Below are positions 39,398-49,296 of a DNA stretch of 64,000 bases, piece by piece. Position 1 is the first letter of the stretch. Every line of letters starts with the position of its first letter. The notes under the pieces were generated by a model, which searched no databases, was not told the DNA's origin, and was given only the letters and a program-made list of their open reading frames with translations. The stretch comes from Patescibacteria group bacterium (lineage in GTDB: Bacteria > Patescibacteriota > JABMPQ01 > JAQVVF01): the NCBI GenBank assembly GCA_028699085.1, contig JAQVVF010000002.1, forward strand, positions 68,557 through 132,556, given 5' to 3'. The position numbers and the translations under genes were made by a program.

Positions 39398-39982
39398 TTA
39401 ATTTTTAACACTAAAATAAAGCGGCGTTTTAAAAATACCAACTTTTGCCAATGGCCAGCCTCGCAGCCAAACACGTCCTATCAAATTTTTTTCTGGCAAA
39501 GGACCCCATATTCTCGAATCACTACTGGCTTTTCTATTATCACCCAAGACAAAATATTCATCATCATTGACTTTATAATCGATTTTACCTGGAGTTTTCA
39601 AATCTGCTGGCAAATAACTCTCGTCAACCAAAACTCCTTCCGGATGATCTTGGTTATATATTTTAACACTTCCATCAAAAATTTCAAGTCTTTCACCTGG
39701 CAAAGCAATAATTCTCTTTATAAAATATTGAGATGGATCTTTTGGATATTTTAAAATAACAACGTCTCCTCGCTTAGGTTTTTCGAAACGATAGCTTATT
39801 TCATCAACGATAAGATATTGACCATCAGAAAAATTCGGCTCCATGCTATCACCTCTTACAAAAAAAGGTTGAAACAAAAAATATCTTATTGGAACAATAA
39901 TTGCTAGAGAAATCAAAATAATCTTTACCAATTCAACAACAAATTCTTTTGTTGAGGTCTTTTGCACTGTTTTTGTTTCCAT
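39398..39982 (-). CDS. lepB: Signal peptidase I
   Basis: GDSMEPNF (catalytic Ser), an N-terminal TM segment, and a VLGDNR box. Confidence 0.9.
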   Translation of the reverse strand: METKTVQKTSTKEFVVELVKIILISLAIIVPIRYFLFQPFFVRGDSMEPNFSDGQYLIVDEISYRFEKPKRGDVVILKYPKDPSQYFIKRIIALPGERLEIFDGSVKIYNQDHPEGVLVDESYLPADLKTPGKIDYKVNDDEYFVLGDNRKASSDSRIWGPLPEKNLIGRVWLRGWPLAKVGIFKTPLYFSVKN

Positions 39983-40075
39983 TTTAAAACCTCCATCGCT
40001 TTTTTAAAAAAGCAAATTAGTATTTTTTTAATTAATATAATTATACCACAACTAAAGATTTGTTAGCAAGACCAA

Positions 40076-41497
40076 TTGACATCAATAAACAACAACTTAT
40101 ATAATACATTATATATTATGTTAAATCATAACAGCGAAAAAAATAAAAACTGGAAAGATAAAATTGTCCCAACATTCTTGATTATTTTTTTATTGATTGC
40201 TTCACTTATTTCATATAAGTTTTTTTCAATTGGCAAAACAATTTTCAAAATAACAGCTGCAAATACGTCGTTATTAGGACAGCTTCAAAAATTTGCAATA
40301 CCTAACAAAAAACTAAAAGGCGAAAAAGAAAAAAGAACAAACATATTACTTCTTGGAGTTGGCGGAGAAGGTCATGATGGCGCAATGCTTACTGACACAA
40401 TTATTATTTTCAGTATTAAATATGAAGATGATAAACCTAGAGTTGCTCTGATTTCTATCCCTCGAGATCTCTATGTTGATCTAAAAAATTTTGGCAACAC
40501 AAAAATTAATAGCATTTATGCTTTAGACAAAGATAGCAGTCCTGATTCAAATCGCATTATTAAATCAATCGAAGATATCACTGGTCTGCCAATCCATTAT
40601 TATGTTCAAGCTGACTTTGAAGGTTTTAAAAAAGCCGTTGATGCTATTGGCGGAATTAATGTTAATGTAGAACACAGTTTTATCGATGAAGAATACCCAA
40701 CTGATGACTTCGGATATGAAACAATTTCTTTTGAAAAGGGGTTAAATCACATGAATGGAGAAACAGCACTAAAATATTCTCGATCTCGACATGGCATTGT
40801 TACTGATGGCTCAGAAGCATACGAAGCAAACGACAGTGCTAGAGCAAAAAGGCAACAACAAATTCTTTACGCTTCAAAAGAAAAAGCAATGTCTCTCTGG
40901 ACTATTAGTAATCCTAAAAAAATTAATGATCTTTTAGGAATTCTTGGAGAACATATAAGAACGAATTTAGAGCTATGGGAAATGTTAAAACTTGGAGAGC
41001 TTGCCAAAAATATTGATTCAAGCGATCTAAAAAATCACGTTCTAGATGATTCTCCAAATGGCTTGCTCTATGCTTCAACTAGTCCGGACGGTGCATTTAT
41101 TTTTCTGCCAAAAACAAATAACTTCACAGAGATCCATCATTACTGCAAAAATGTTTTTGAGCCAAAACAAGAAGATATTGAAACAGCAAATATTAAAGTC
41201 CTGAATGGAACAGAAATTCCAAATCAAGCGCAAGAAGCAGCCGCAATGATCGCCTATGATAATATCAAAATATTAGCTCTTGACAATGCATCGAAAATAG
41301 ATTATAACAAAACGATAGTCTATGATTATTCAAATGGCAAAAAACCAAATACTATCGAATTTTTAAAAAACAGATTTGATGCTAAAGTCATTAAATCAAC
41401 AACCATTCCGAAAGAATATATTGATAATAATAATCAAATAGACATTATTATGATTATCGGTAAAAATTTTTCGCAATTACCTCGCTATGAATACTAA
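40076..41497 (+). CDS. LytR-CpsA-Psr (LCP) family cell-envelope polymer transferase
   Basis: N-terminal TM segment; NILLLGVGGEGHDGAMLTDTIIIFSI LCP core. Confidence 0.8.
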   Translation: MTSINNNLYNTLYIMLNHNSEKNKNWKDKIVPTFLIIFLLIASLISYKFFSIGKTIFKITAANTSLLGQLQKFAIPNKKLKGEKEKRTNILLLGVGGEGHDGAMLTDTIIIFSIKYEDDKPRVALISIPRDLYVDLKNFGNTKINSIYALDKDSSPDSNRIIKSIEDITGLPIHYYVQADFEGFKKAVDAIGGINVNVEHSFIDEEYPTDDFGYETISFEKGLNHMNGETALKYSRSRHGIVTDGSEAYEANDSARAKRQQQILYASKEKAMSLWTISNPKKINDLLGILGEHIRTNLELWEMLKLGELAKNIDSSDLKNHVLDDSPNGLLYASTSPDGAFIFLPKTNNFTEIHHYCKNVFEPKQEDIETANIKVLNGTEIPNQAQEAAAMIAYDNIKILALDNASKIDYNKTIVYDYSNGKKPNTIEFLKNRFDAKVIKSTTIPKEYIDNNNQIDIIMIIGKNFSQLPRYEY

Positions 41498-42821
41498 TGT
41501 CGTTATAATTGGCAGACCAAACTGTGGCAAATCAACACTTTTTAACAAACTTGTTGGACGTAGTAAAGCTGTTACATCACCCATTGCTGGTACAACAAGA
41601 GACGTTGTCAAAGGTTCTACTAGTTGGAAAGGAAAAGTATTTACGCTTTTTGACACTGGAGGATTCGAATACAAAGTCAAAGAACAAGATGTTATAAGTA
41701 AAAGTGTTCAAGACCAAATCCAATTCGCTTTAAAAAAAGCGGATATTATTTTATTTATAACAAATATTAAAACAGGCATTACTGCCCCAGATATTAGTTT
41801 TTCTCAAGAACTTAAAAAAGTAAAAAAACCAATAATTCTTGTTGCAAATAAAGCTGACAATGAAGATTTAAGACAAAGAGGATCAGAGATGTTAAGCCTT
41901 GGACTCGGACAACCACAAGTAATTTCAGCCTTAACTAGCGTTGGCGTTGGAGATTTGCTTGATAAAATATCTGCCTTAATAGAAAAAACAGAAGAATCAG
42001 AAAATGAAGACAATGAAATTAAACCAATTAGAGTGGGTTTTTTTGGCAAACCTAATGTCGGAAAATCTTCAATAATTAATGCTTTAACTGGTGAAGAAAA
42101 AGTTATTGTTTCTGATATTCCAGGAACAACAAGAGATGCAATCGAAAATACTATTAATTATAAGAATAAAAAATTAATTGTAATTGACTCTGCTGGAATA
42201 AAAAGAAAAAGAGAAGCCAGATTTGATATTGAAAAATTTTCTATCAGAAAAAGCTTGCAAACAATTTTAGATTGTGATGTTATCTTGTTTGTTGTAGATT
42301 GCGAGGACTTTTTATCAAGACAAGATAAAAGAATTTCCGAAAGAATTCTAGAAAGTAAGGCTAGTGTCATCATTGTCGCCAACAAATTTGATTTAATGGA
42401 ACAAAAACAAAATAATATTGATAAAATAGTAAACTCACTACGTTTCCATTTTAATTTCCTTTATTTTGCTCCAATTATTTTTACTTCCGCAAAGACAAAT
42501 CAAAATATTAAAGAAATTTTAGATTTAATACTTTTAGCTGATGAAAAAAGAAAAAAAGTTGTTAATCAAGAAGAATTAACAAAATTTTTATTAGACATCT
42601 TAAAAAATTATCCTCCTCATCGCAATAAAAAATCAAAGAAAAGACCAAAGCTAATTAGGCTAATTCAATTCAGAACTGATCCGCCAAAATTTAATCTTTA
42701 TTTAGAAGGACCAGAAACAATCGCTCCTCAATATTTAAGATTTTTAGAGCGAAAAATTCACGAAAAATATGGATTTGAATGCGCTCCACTTCATATTTCA
42801 GTAGCACGTGAAGACAAATAA
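41487..42821 (+). CDS. der: Ribosome-biogenesis GTPase Der (EngA)
   Basis: Two tandem G-domains (GRPNCGKST and GKPNVGKSS) and a KH-like C-terminus. Confidence 0.9.
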   Translation: MNTNVVIIGRPNCGKSTLFNKLVGRSKAVTSPIAGTTRDVVKGSTSWKGKVFTLFDTGGFEYKVKEQDVISKSVQDQIQFALKKADIILFITNIKTGITAPDISFSQELKKVKKPIILVANKADNEDLRQRGSEMLSLGLGQPQVISALTSVGVGDLLDKISALIEKTEESENEDNEIKPIRVGFFGKPNVGKSSIINALTGEEKVIVSDIPGTTRDAIENTINYKNKKLIVIDSAGIKRKREARFDIEKFSIRKSLQTILDCDVILFVVDCEDFLSRQDKRISERILESKASVIIVANKFDLMEQKQNNIDKIVNSLRFHFNFLYFAPIIFTSAKTNQNIKEILDLILLADEKRKKVVNQEELTKFLLDILKNYPPHRNKKSKKRPKLIRLIQFRTDPPKFNLYLEGPETIAPQYLRFLERKIHEKYGFECAPLHISVAREDK

Positions 42822-42896
42822 TTTAGCATTATATTTTTAAAATCCGATTCAAATAATTTCCTAAAATAAAAAAAACAAAAAATAACAACTTCAATT

Positions 42897-43282
42897 ATGA
42901 TAAACATTTGCCGGGCAATAGGAAAAAGAATTGATCAAAAATTTCTAGATGATTTTTCAAAAGAAGGTATCCTTTATGATTCAAAAAAAATCTGGCTTAC
43001 TATTACAGGCAATAGTGTGCGAACTCCTCGTTTTATCTGCGGAATTTCAAAACAATTAACACGCGGACAATTAATTAAAACCAAAAAAAATTAATTATCT
43101 TGGCTGGAAGTTTTAAAATTGTTGATATTCCTTTAGAGCATCCTCTATATCAAGAAATAATAATTGATCGCACAAAGCCAAAAAGATTTGTTATTACGCT
43201 TGATCTATCTAAATTTCCTGCTGGCTATTCAGGAAATATAAAATTATCTTTTCATTTAGATCCTAAAAGCGTTCTGATCTAA
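42897..43282 (+). pseudogene. rplY: L25/Ctc-like ribosomal protein gene disrupted by a frameshift at an A8 tract
   Basis: Frame 1 (42897-43094): INICRAIGKRIDQKFLDDFSKEGILYDSKK aligns with the L25 N-terminus. The reading frame continues in another frame from 43079 (…IILAGSFKIVDIPLEHP…). The break coincides with an aaaaaaaa run at 43082-43089. It lies immediately upstream of pth, as rplY often does. Confidence 0.4.
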
Positions 43283-43314
43283 ATCTTATTAAAAAAATAA
43301 ATAATATTTAATTT

Positions 43315-43836
43315 ATGAAAATAATTATTGGTCTAGGCAATCCAGGTGAAAAATATAATAACACTCGTCACAATGTTGGCTTTCAAACTTTAAACATATT
43401 AGCAAAAAAGCTGGATCTAAATTTTAGTTTAGAAAAAAAATTCAATGCTGAAATTGCTCAGACTACTCTAAAAGACGAAAAAACAATTCTTGCCAAACCA
43501 CAAACTTTTATGAATAATTCCGGTCTTTCAGTTCAAGCTCTTGTTTCATTTTACAAAATTGATCCTAAAAAAGATCTAATTATAATTTACGACGACATTG
43601 ATTTGCTAATTGGTGAAATCAGAACTTCTGGACAATCTTCTGGCGGTCATAACGGCATGCAATCAATTATTCAATCATTAGGAACAAATGAAATAAAACG
43701 CTTTAGAATCGGTATTTTAAATTTGCCAAAAGAACAGATTTCCAAAACTTCTAATTATGTTCTTGGAAATTTTTCGAAAAAAGAGCAAGACATTATTAGT
43801 AAAAGTATAGGCCAAGTCATTGAAGAAATTGTTTAA
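43315..43836 (+). CDS. pth: Peptidyl-tRNA hydrolase
   Basis: MKIIIGLGNPGEKYNNTRHNVGF. Confidence 0.95.
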   Translation: MKIIIGLGNPGEKYNNTRHNVGFQTLNILAKKLDLNFSLEKKFNAEIAQTTLKDEKTILAKPQTFMNNSGLSVQALVSFYKIDPKKDLIIIYDDIDLLIGEIRTSGQSSGGHNGMQSIIQSLGTNEIKRFRIGILNLPKEQISKTSNYVLGNFSKKEQDIISKSIGQVIEEIV

Positions 43837-43857
43837 AACAGAATAAAAAATCGCAAT

Positions 43858-43885
43858 AATGCGATTTTATTTTATAATTTAATCA
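43858..43885 (+). terminator. Intrinsic terminator after pth
   Basis: Stem aaatcgca / tgcgattt plus a T-run. Confidence 0.65.
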
Positions 43886-43899
43886 TGCTTTATCCATTT

Positions 43900-43990
43900 T
43901 CCTGTCTGCAAGCCTAAGCAAAAGCTTAAATTATAGCTACTCACAAAACTTAAGGAGGGATAGTTTTGCTTTGGCAACTCGCAGACAGAA
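43900..43990. other. About 90-nt nested imperfect hairpin in the pth-mfd intergenic region
   Basis: P1 ctgtctgc/gcagacag, P2 aagcaaaa/ttttgctt, P3 cttaa/ttaag, and an unpaired taaggaggga. No ORF follows. Confidence 0.35.
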
Positions 43991-44088
43991 AAATGAAAAA
44001 AACTTTTTCATAACATATTAGCAAATGGAAAAAAAATGTCAAGATTCGAAATCTTGCCAAAAAGATAAAAATATGCTATCCTCTACCC

Positions 44089-47000
44089 ATGCTAGAACAA
44101 CTAGCCAAAACGCTTTCTTCAAACAAAAAAACGGTTTTTACCGGCATTTGTGAACAAGCAAAGCCATACATTATTACCAAGCTGATACCCCCAGAAAATC
44201 AAAATCAGCCGATTTTTTATTTTGTAAAAAATCATCAACTTGCATTATTCACATATTATAATCTAAAAAACTGGCAACACAATACCATAGCCAGAATTTT
44301 CAAACCAATCGAAGAAAAATCACTAAATCTAGACAATGAAAAAATACGACAAAATTTCATAGAAAAACAAAATTTTTTATCAGATATATCAGAAAATAAG
44401 CCTGGATTTTATGTTATTCCAATCGAACATATTGATAGCTCATGTCCAAAGATTAACAATTTTGAAAAAAATTTCTCAAGTGCTACAAAAAATGAGCTTA
44501 TAGATCCAAATGATTTAGCAAAAGATCTAACTTCTCAAGGATATGAACGAGCAACAAATGCCGTCTCAAAAGGATACTTTTCTAAGAAAGGCGGTCTTAT
44601 CGAAATATTTCCAATCAACAAAAAATATCCAGTCAGAATAGAATTTATTGGTAATAGAATTGAAGAAATTCAACTCTTTGATCCAAAAAATAGAAAAGGA
44701 TTAGAAAAAATTGATTTAATATTTATTCCACCTATCAAGACCAATGACAGTAACGGCAAGTTATCTGATTATTTAAAATTAACAAAAAAAGCAATTGCTA
44801 TTATTAACGATCCTCAAAGCTTAAAAGAATCCATCGATCCATTTTCTTACAAACCATACCAGCAATTCGAAAAAACAATCAGTGAATTAACACAAATTAT
44901 CATTCAATCTTTTCCTGAAGAAAAAACAATTGATCTTGATTTTTCATCAATTCCAAATTATAGCAACAATTTATTAGCTCTTAAAAAAGATTTACAAAAA
45001 TATCAAGATTTTAAAATAATTATTTTTACCCAAGAAGAAAAAATAATTAAAAAAATATTTGCTAATTTAAATATTGATCCTTCTGAAATAATTTTTGAAA
45101 AAAAAGAATACTTAAAAAATATTACGGGCTTTAAAAGCAATCAACATAAATTACTATTTTTAACTGACAATGAAATAATTCAAGAAAAAACTGAAAATAA
45201 AAAAAGAATTAATGAAGCTTTTATTTCCGAATTAAAAATTAACGACTTTTTAGTTCATGAAGATCATGGTATTTGTTTATTTAAAGGAACAACAAAAAGA
45301 ATTATTGATAAAATTGAAAAAGAATATTTGATTTTGGAATATGCCAATAACGATAAACTTTTTTTGCCAGTTGAATATTCTGAAAAAATAACTAAATATA
45401 TTGGCCAATCACATCCAAAAATCAATCGCCTTCATACTGCTTCTTGGTTAGAATTAAAAAGTAAAATAAAAAAAAGGACTGAAATTATTGCCAAGGATCT
45501 TCTAAAAATTTATGCCAGTCGCGAAAAATCACAAGGCTTTACTTTTTCAGCTGATACAGAGATTCAAAAAGAATTAGAAAATAGTTTTCCATATCAAGAA
45601 ACTCCTGATCAAATAAAAGTCATTAAAGAGGTAAAAGACGATATGGAAAAGAAAAAATCAAAAAAACCAATGGATCGATTAATTTGTGGCGATGTTGGTT
45701 TTGGTAAAACAGAAATCGCGTTACGTGCTGCTTTCAAAGCTACTCAAGATAAAAAACAAGTTGCTATTCTTTGTCCAACAACCATTCTTGCTAAACAACA
45801 TTTTGATAATTTCAAAAATCGATTAGAAAATTTTGATTTAAAAATTGCAGTTATTTCTCGCTTCCAATCAAAATTGCAACAACAAGATATCTTGGAAAAA
45901 TTATCAACTGGACAAATTGATATCATCATTGGTACTCACCGACTATTATCAACTGATATAAAATTTAAAGATTTAGGTCTTCTAATCTTAGACGAGGAAC
46001 AAAGATTCGGTGTTAAACATAAGGAAACAATCAAAAAATTAAAAGCTAATATTGATATTCTGGCATTATCAGCAACTCCAATTCCCAGAACTTTGAATTT
46101 ATCATTATCCGGACTTCGAGATATTAGTATTATCAGCACTCCGCCTCCAGGTAGACAATCAGTAATTAATTACATAAAGCCATATTCTGAAGATACAATC
46201 TATAATGCTTTCAAAAAAGAGCTTGATCGCAATGGCCAGATTTATTTTCTCCATAATAAAGTCCAAACTATCCAGGCTGCAACAGAAAAAATTAAAAATT
46301 TGTTAAAAAAATATAACAAGCCAATTTCAGTTGCCTTCGCTCATGGACAAATGCCAGAAAACAATCTTGAAAAAATCATGGCTGAATTTTACGACAAAAA
46401 AATTGATATTTTGATTGCTTCATCAATTATTGAGAATGGCCTTGATATTCCAAATGTTAATACCATCATTATTGATAATGCTTCCAATTTTGGTCTCGCT
46501 GATTTATATCAGCTAAAAGGAAGAGTCGGAAGAGGACAAAAACAAGCCTTTGCTTACTTTTTGTATAAAAGCACAGAATTAAAAGAAAAAGCAAGACGCA
46601 GATTAGAAGCATTGCTTGAAGCAAAAGAGCTTGGATCTGGTTTTCAATTGGCATTAAGAGATCTTGAAATTAGAGGTGCAGGAAATATTTTAGGTAAAGA
46701 GCAATCTGGCGCTGTCACAACAGTTGGCTTAAATTTATATTGCCGACTACTAAATCAGGCAATTCAAAATCTAAAATCAGGACAAGAAAAGACAACTGAA
46801 GAAAAAATATCGCCAACTCTTGATTTGCCATTATCAGCTTATTTATCTGAAAAAATATTTCCTAATTTTGAAAAAAGATTAAAACTATACCAACAAATTA
46901 CGAATATCGAAAATATTAATGAACTAGAACAACAAAAAAACAATCTGCTCAAAGACATCGTAAATAATAGCGCTGAAGCAAATACTCAAATAAACTACTT

Positions 47001-47274
47001 AAATAATTTATTCTATATATTAGAACTTAAAATTATTGCCCAAAAAGCAAAAGTTAAATATATCAAGACAAAGCAAATTAATCAGCCAGACGGAAAAAAT
47101 TTTAATCGTTTTGTTATTAACTTCATTGGACAAACAAATTACGAAAAAGCATATCAATTAATCAAAAAAAATCCTCAATGGGATATTGAAGATACTGAAA
47201 TAAAAATAAACCAGTCTGATCTTGGACCAGACTGGAAAAATTCATTAAAACAAAGTTTACAATTTTTTATTTAA
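44089..47274 (+). CDS. mfd: Transcription-repair coupling factor Mfd
   Basis: 1061 aa: a degenerate UvrB-like N-terminus, a CarD-like domain, a superfamily-2 helicase core (GDVGFGKTE, DEEQRFGV) and the TRCF C-terminal domain. Confidence 0.85.
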   Translation: MLEQLAKTLSSNKKTVFTGICEQAKPYIITKLIPPENQNQPIFYFVKNHQLALFTYYNLKNWQHNTIARIFKPIEEKSLNLDNEKIRQNFIEKQNFLSDISENKPGFYVIPIEHIDSSCPKINNFEKNFSSATKNELIDPNDLAKDLTSQGYERATNAVSKGYFSKKGGLIEIFPINKKYPVRIEFIGNRIEEIQLFDPKNRKGLEKIDLIFIPPIKTNDSNGKLSDYLKLTKKAIAIINDPQSLKESIDPFSYKPYQQFEKTISELTQIIIQSFPEEKTIDLDFSSIPNYSNNLLALKKDLQKYQDFKIIIFTQEEKIIKKIFANLNIDPSEIIFEKKEYLKNITGFKSNQHKLLFLTDNEIIQEKTENKKRINEAFISELKINDFLVHEDHGICLFKGTTKRIIDKIEKEYLILEYANNDKLFLPVEYSEKITKYIGQSHPKINRLHTASWLELKSKIKKRTEIIAKDLLKIYASREKSQGFTFSADTEIQKELENSFPYQETPDQIKVIKEVKDDMEKKKSKKPMDRLICGDVGFGKTEIALRAAFKATQDKKQVAILCPTTILAKQHFDNFKNRLENFDLKIAVISRFQSKLQQQDILEKLSTGQIDIIIGTHRLLSTDIKFKDLGLLILDEEQRFGVKHKETIKKLKANIDILALSATPIPRTLNLSLSGLRDISIISTPPPGRQSVINYIKPYSEDTIYNAFKKELDRNGQIYFLHNKVQTIQAATEKIKNLLKKYNKPISVAFAHGQMPENNLEKIMAEFYDKKIDILIASSIIENGLDIPNVNTIIIDNASNFGLADLYQLKGRVGRGQKQAFAYFLYKSTELKEKARRRLEALLEAKELGSGFQLALRDLEIRGAGNILGKEQSGAVTTVGLNLYCRLLNQAIQNLKSGQEKTTEEKISPTLDLPLSAYLSEKIFPNFEKRLKLYQQITNIENINELEQQKNNLLKDIVNNSAEANTQINYLNNLFYILELKIIAQKAKVKYIKTKQINQPDGKNFNRFVINFIGQTNYEKAYQLIKKNPQWDIEDTEIKINQSDLGPDWKNSLKQSLQFFI

Positions 47275-47999
47275 TTTTTTACTTGAATGTTTTCAAGCAA
47301 AGCATCCATGTGCTTTATATTATTTTCAGTATAATAATCTTCTGCTTCTTTTGTTGGAAAAGCTTGACCAGGAGTAATTGTGAATACTTTATTGCCAGCA
47401 GAAAAGAGATACTTGATTCCTAAAATACCATATTTTTGATCAAATTCATCTGTAACTATAACTTTTAAAGCATTAATTTTTTGATCCTTACCAATCATAA
47501 CACTTTCTAATTCTAACAAATTATCTTGGTCAAAATTATAAGTTATAACATCTCTTAGAGATTCTTTTGCATCGTTATTAATAACGCCAACTCCGAATAT
47601 TCCAAAATCATAAAAATCATATTTTCTTTCACCAGGAATATCAATTTGTCTTACCTTTCGACTTTGTTCTAATACTTCAGGATATAAGAAAGAAATTCCT
47701 TGAACATCAAATTCCAACCAATCAGCAGTTACATTTTTGCTCTCATTTAAATTTACATTTTCATTTACAGCAGTATTTTCATTAACATTTACTTTTTGTT
47801 CATTTACCTTAATTTCTTCTATTTTTTTATCTTTCTTTAAACTAATATAGTTCTTAAATTCAATATCACTTGTAACTAAAAAAGCAATTAAATATCCTCC
47901 TAAACCTAAAACCAAAACACCAAAAATTATTCCCAAAACAATTTTTAATGTTTTTTCTCGATTTTGCTTTTTTTGTTCTTGATTTTGTTCGTTAATCAT
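47271..47999 (-). CDS. Hypothetical membrane-anchored protein
   Basis: One N-terminal TM helix, then an N/E/V-rich linker and a globular domain. Confidence 0.45.
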   Translation of the reverse strand: MINEQNQEQKKQNREKTLKIVLGIIFGVLVLGLGGYLIAFLVTSDIEFKNYISLKKDKKIEEIKVNEQKVNVNENTAVNENVNLNESKNVTADWLEFDVQGISFLYPEVLEQSRKVRQIDIPGERKYDFYDFGIFGVGVINNDAKESLRDVITYNFDQDNLLELESVMIGKDQKINALKVIVTDEFDQKYGILGIKYLFSAGNKVFTITPGQAFPTKEAEDYYTENNIKHMDALLENIQVKN

Positions 48000-48061
48000 A
48001 AAAAATGATTTAAAATAAATTATCTAACAGTATAATTTATTTTTGGCTTTTTGTCAACAGT

Positions 48062-49210
48062 TTGTTTATAACCTACTTTTTTGCTACCATAAAACAAATA
48101 GTCAATTTTGTAAAATCTATGAATAATGACCTCAAATACTGGAATGCTCTAAATCAAAATTTAAAAATTGGTGCCAGAAGATTCAAAAAAATATATAACT
48201 ATTTTTCCGACATGGAACAAGCCTGGCATGCCGATTCATTAGAATTAAGCAAAGCTGGCTTAGAAGATAAAGTCATAGATTATATTCTAGTAAAAAGACC
48301 AACCATTTCAATAGATTTTGAAATGGAAAGATTAGAAAAAGAAAATATCCAAATCATTACAATCAAAGATAAAAAATACCCAAAATTGCTCAAAGAAATT
48401 TATGACCCGCCTGCTCTACTCTATGTCCGAGGCGAATTAAAAGAGCAAGACGAATTTGCCATCAGCGTTGTTGGCACTAGAAAAATTTCTCAATACGGTA
48501 AACAAGTTGTTCCTGATATTGTCCATGAATTAGCAAGCAACAAAATCACAATAATATCTGGTTTAGCACTTGGAACTGATACTTTTGCTCATCAAGCAGC
48601 AATTGCTGCCCAAGGTCGAACTATCGCAGTCTTAGGATCAGGACTCGATCGGCAACATATTTACCCGTATTGCAACAAATCTCTTTCTGAAATTATTTCT
48701 CAACATGGAGCAATAATTTCCGAATATCCATTGGGTACCTTGCCACTAAAACAACATTTTCCTGCTCGTAATAGGATTGTATCTGGCATGTCACTTGGGA
48801 TATTAATAATTGAAGCACCAATGGATTCTGGCGCTTTGATTACAGCTAAATTTGGTTTAGAACATAATCGAGATATCTTTTCGATTCCTGGCAGTATTTA
48901 TTCTGAAAACTCAAAAGGACCAAATAATTTAATTAAACAAGGTGCAAAATTAATTACTTGTGCCCAAGATATCTTAGATGAACTTAATCTATCGCTTGCA
49001 ACTTCATATCAACAAACCAAAAAAATTGTTCCAGAAAGCAAAGAAGAAGAAATCTTATTAAATATAATTACCAAAGAACCTCTTCACATTGACAAAATAG
49101 TTCAGCAATCCAAAATGCCTGCTTCACAAGTTAGTGCATCTTTAACAATAATGGAGATGAAAGGTAAAGTTCGTAATTTAGGAGCAATGAATTATGTATT
49201 AGCCAGATGA
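48062..49210 (+). CDS. dprA: DNA processing protein DprA (Smf)
   Basis: Rossmann-like DprA core ...ISGLALGTDTFAHQAA... and a C-terminal winged-helix region. The start is probably MNNDLKYW at 48119. Confidence 0.85.
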   Translation: MFITYFFATIKQIVNFVKSMNNDLKYWNALNQNLKIGARRFKKIYNYFSDMEQAWHADSLELSKAGLEDKVIDYILVKRPTISIDFEMERLEKENIQIITIKDKKYPKLLKEIYDPPALLYVRGELKEQDEFAISVVGTRKISQYGKQVVPDIVHELASNKITIISGLALGTDTFAHQAAIAAQGRTIAVLGSGLDRQHIYPYCNKSLSEIISQHGAIISEYPLGTLPLKQHFPARNRIVSGMSLGILIIEAPMDSGALITAKFGLEHNRDIFSIPGSIYSENSKGPNNLIKQGAKLITCAQDILDELNLSLATSYQQTKKIVPESKEEEILLNIITKEPLHIDKIVQQSKMPASQVSASLTIMEMKGKVRNLGAMNYVLAR

Positions 49211-49296
49211 AAATTTGACTTATTCCATAAAAAGATTATTGTAGAAAATATACAATAAAAATATTTTTTACTTTTAAAATTTTACTTTTAAAATTT

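Noticed and set aside
43940-43960. Possible 16S rRNA 3'-end-like CCCTCCTTA on the minus strand
   Set aside because: Only the 9-nt anti-SD-like word is present. There is no flanking rRNA sequence or structure, and no rRNA genes occur anywhere in the window.
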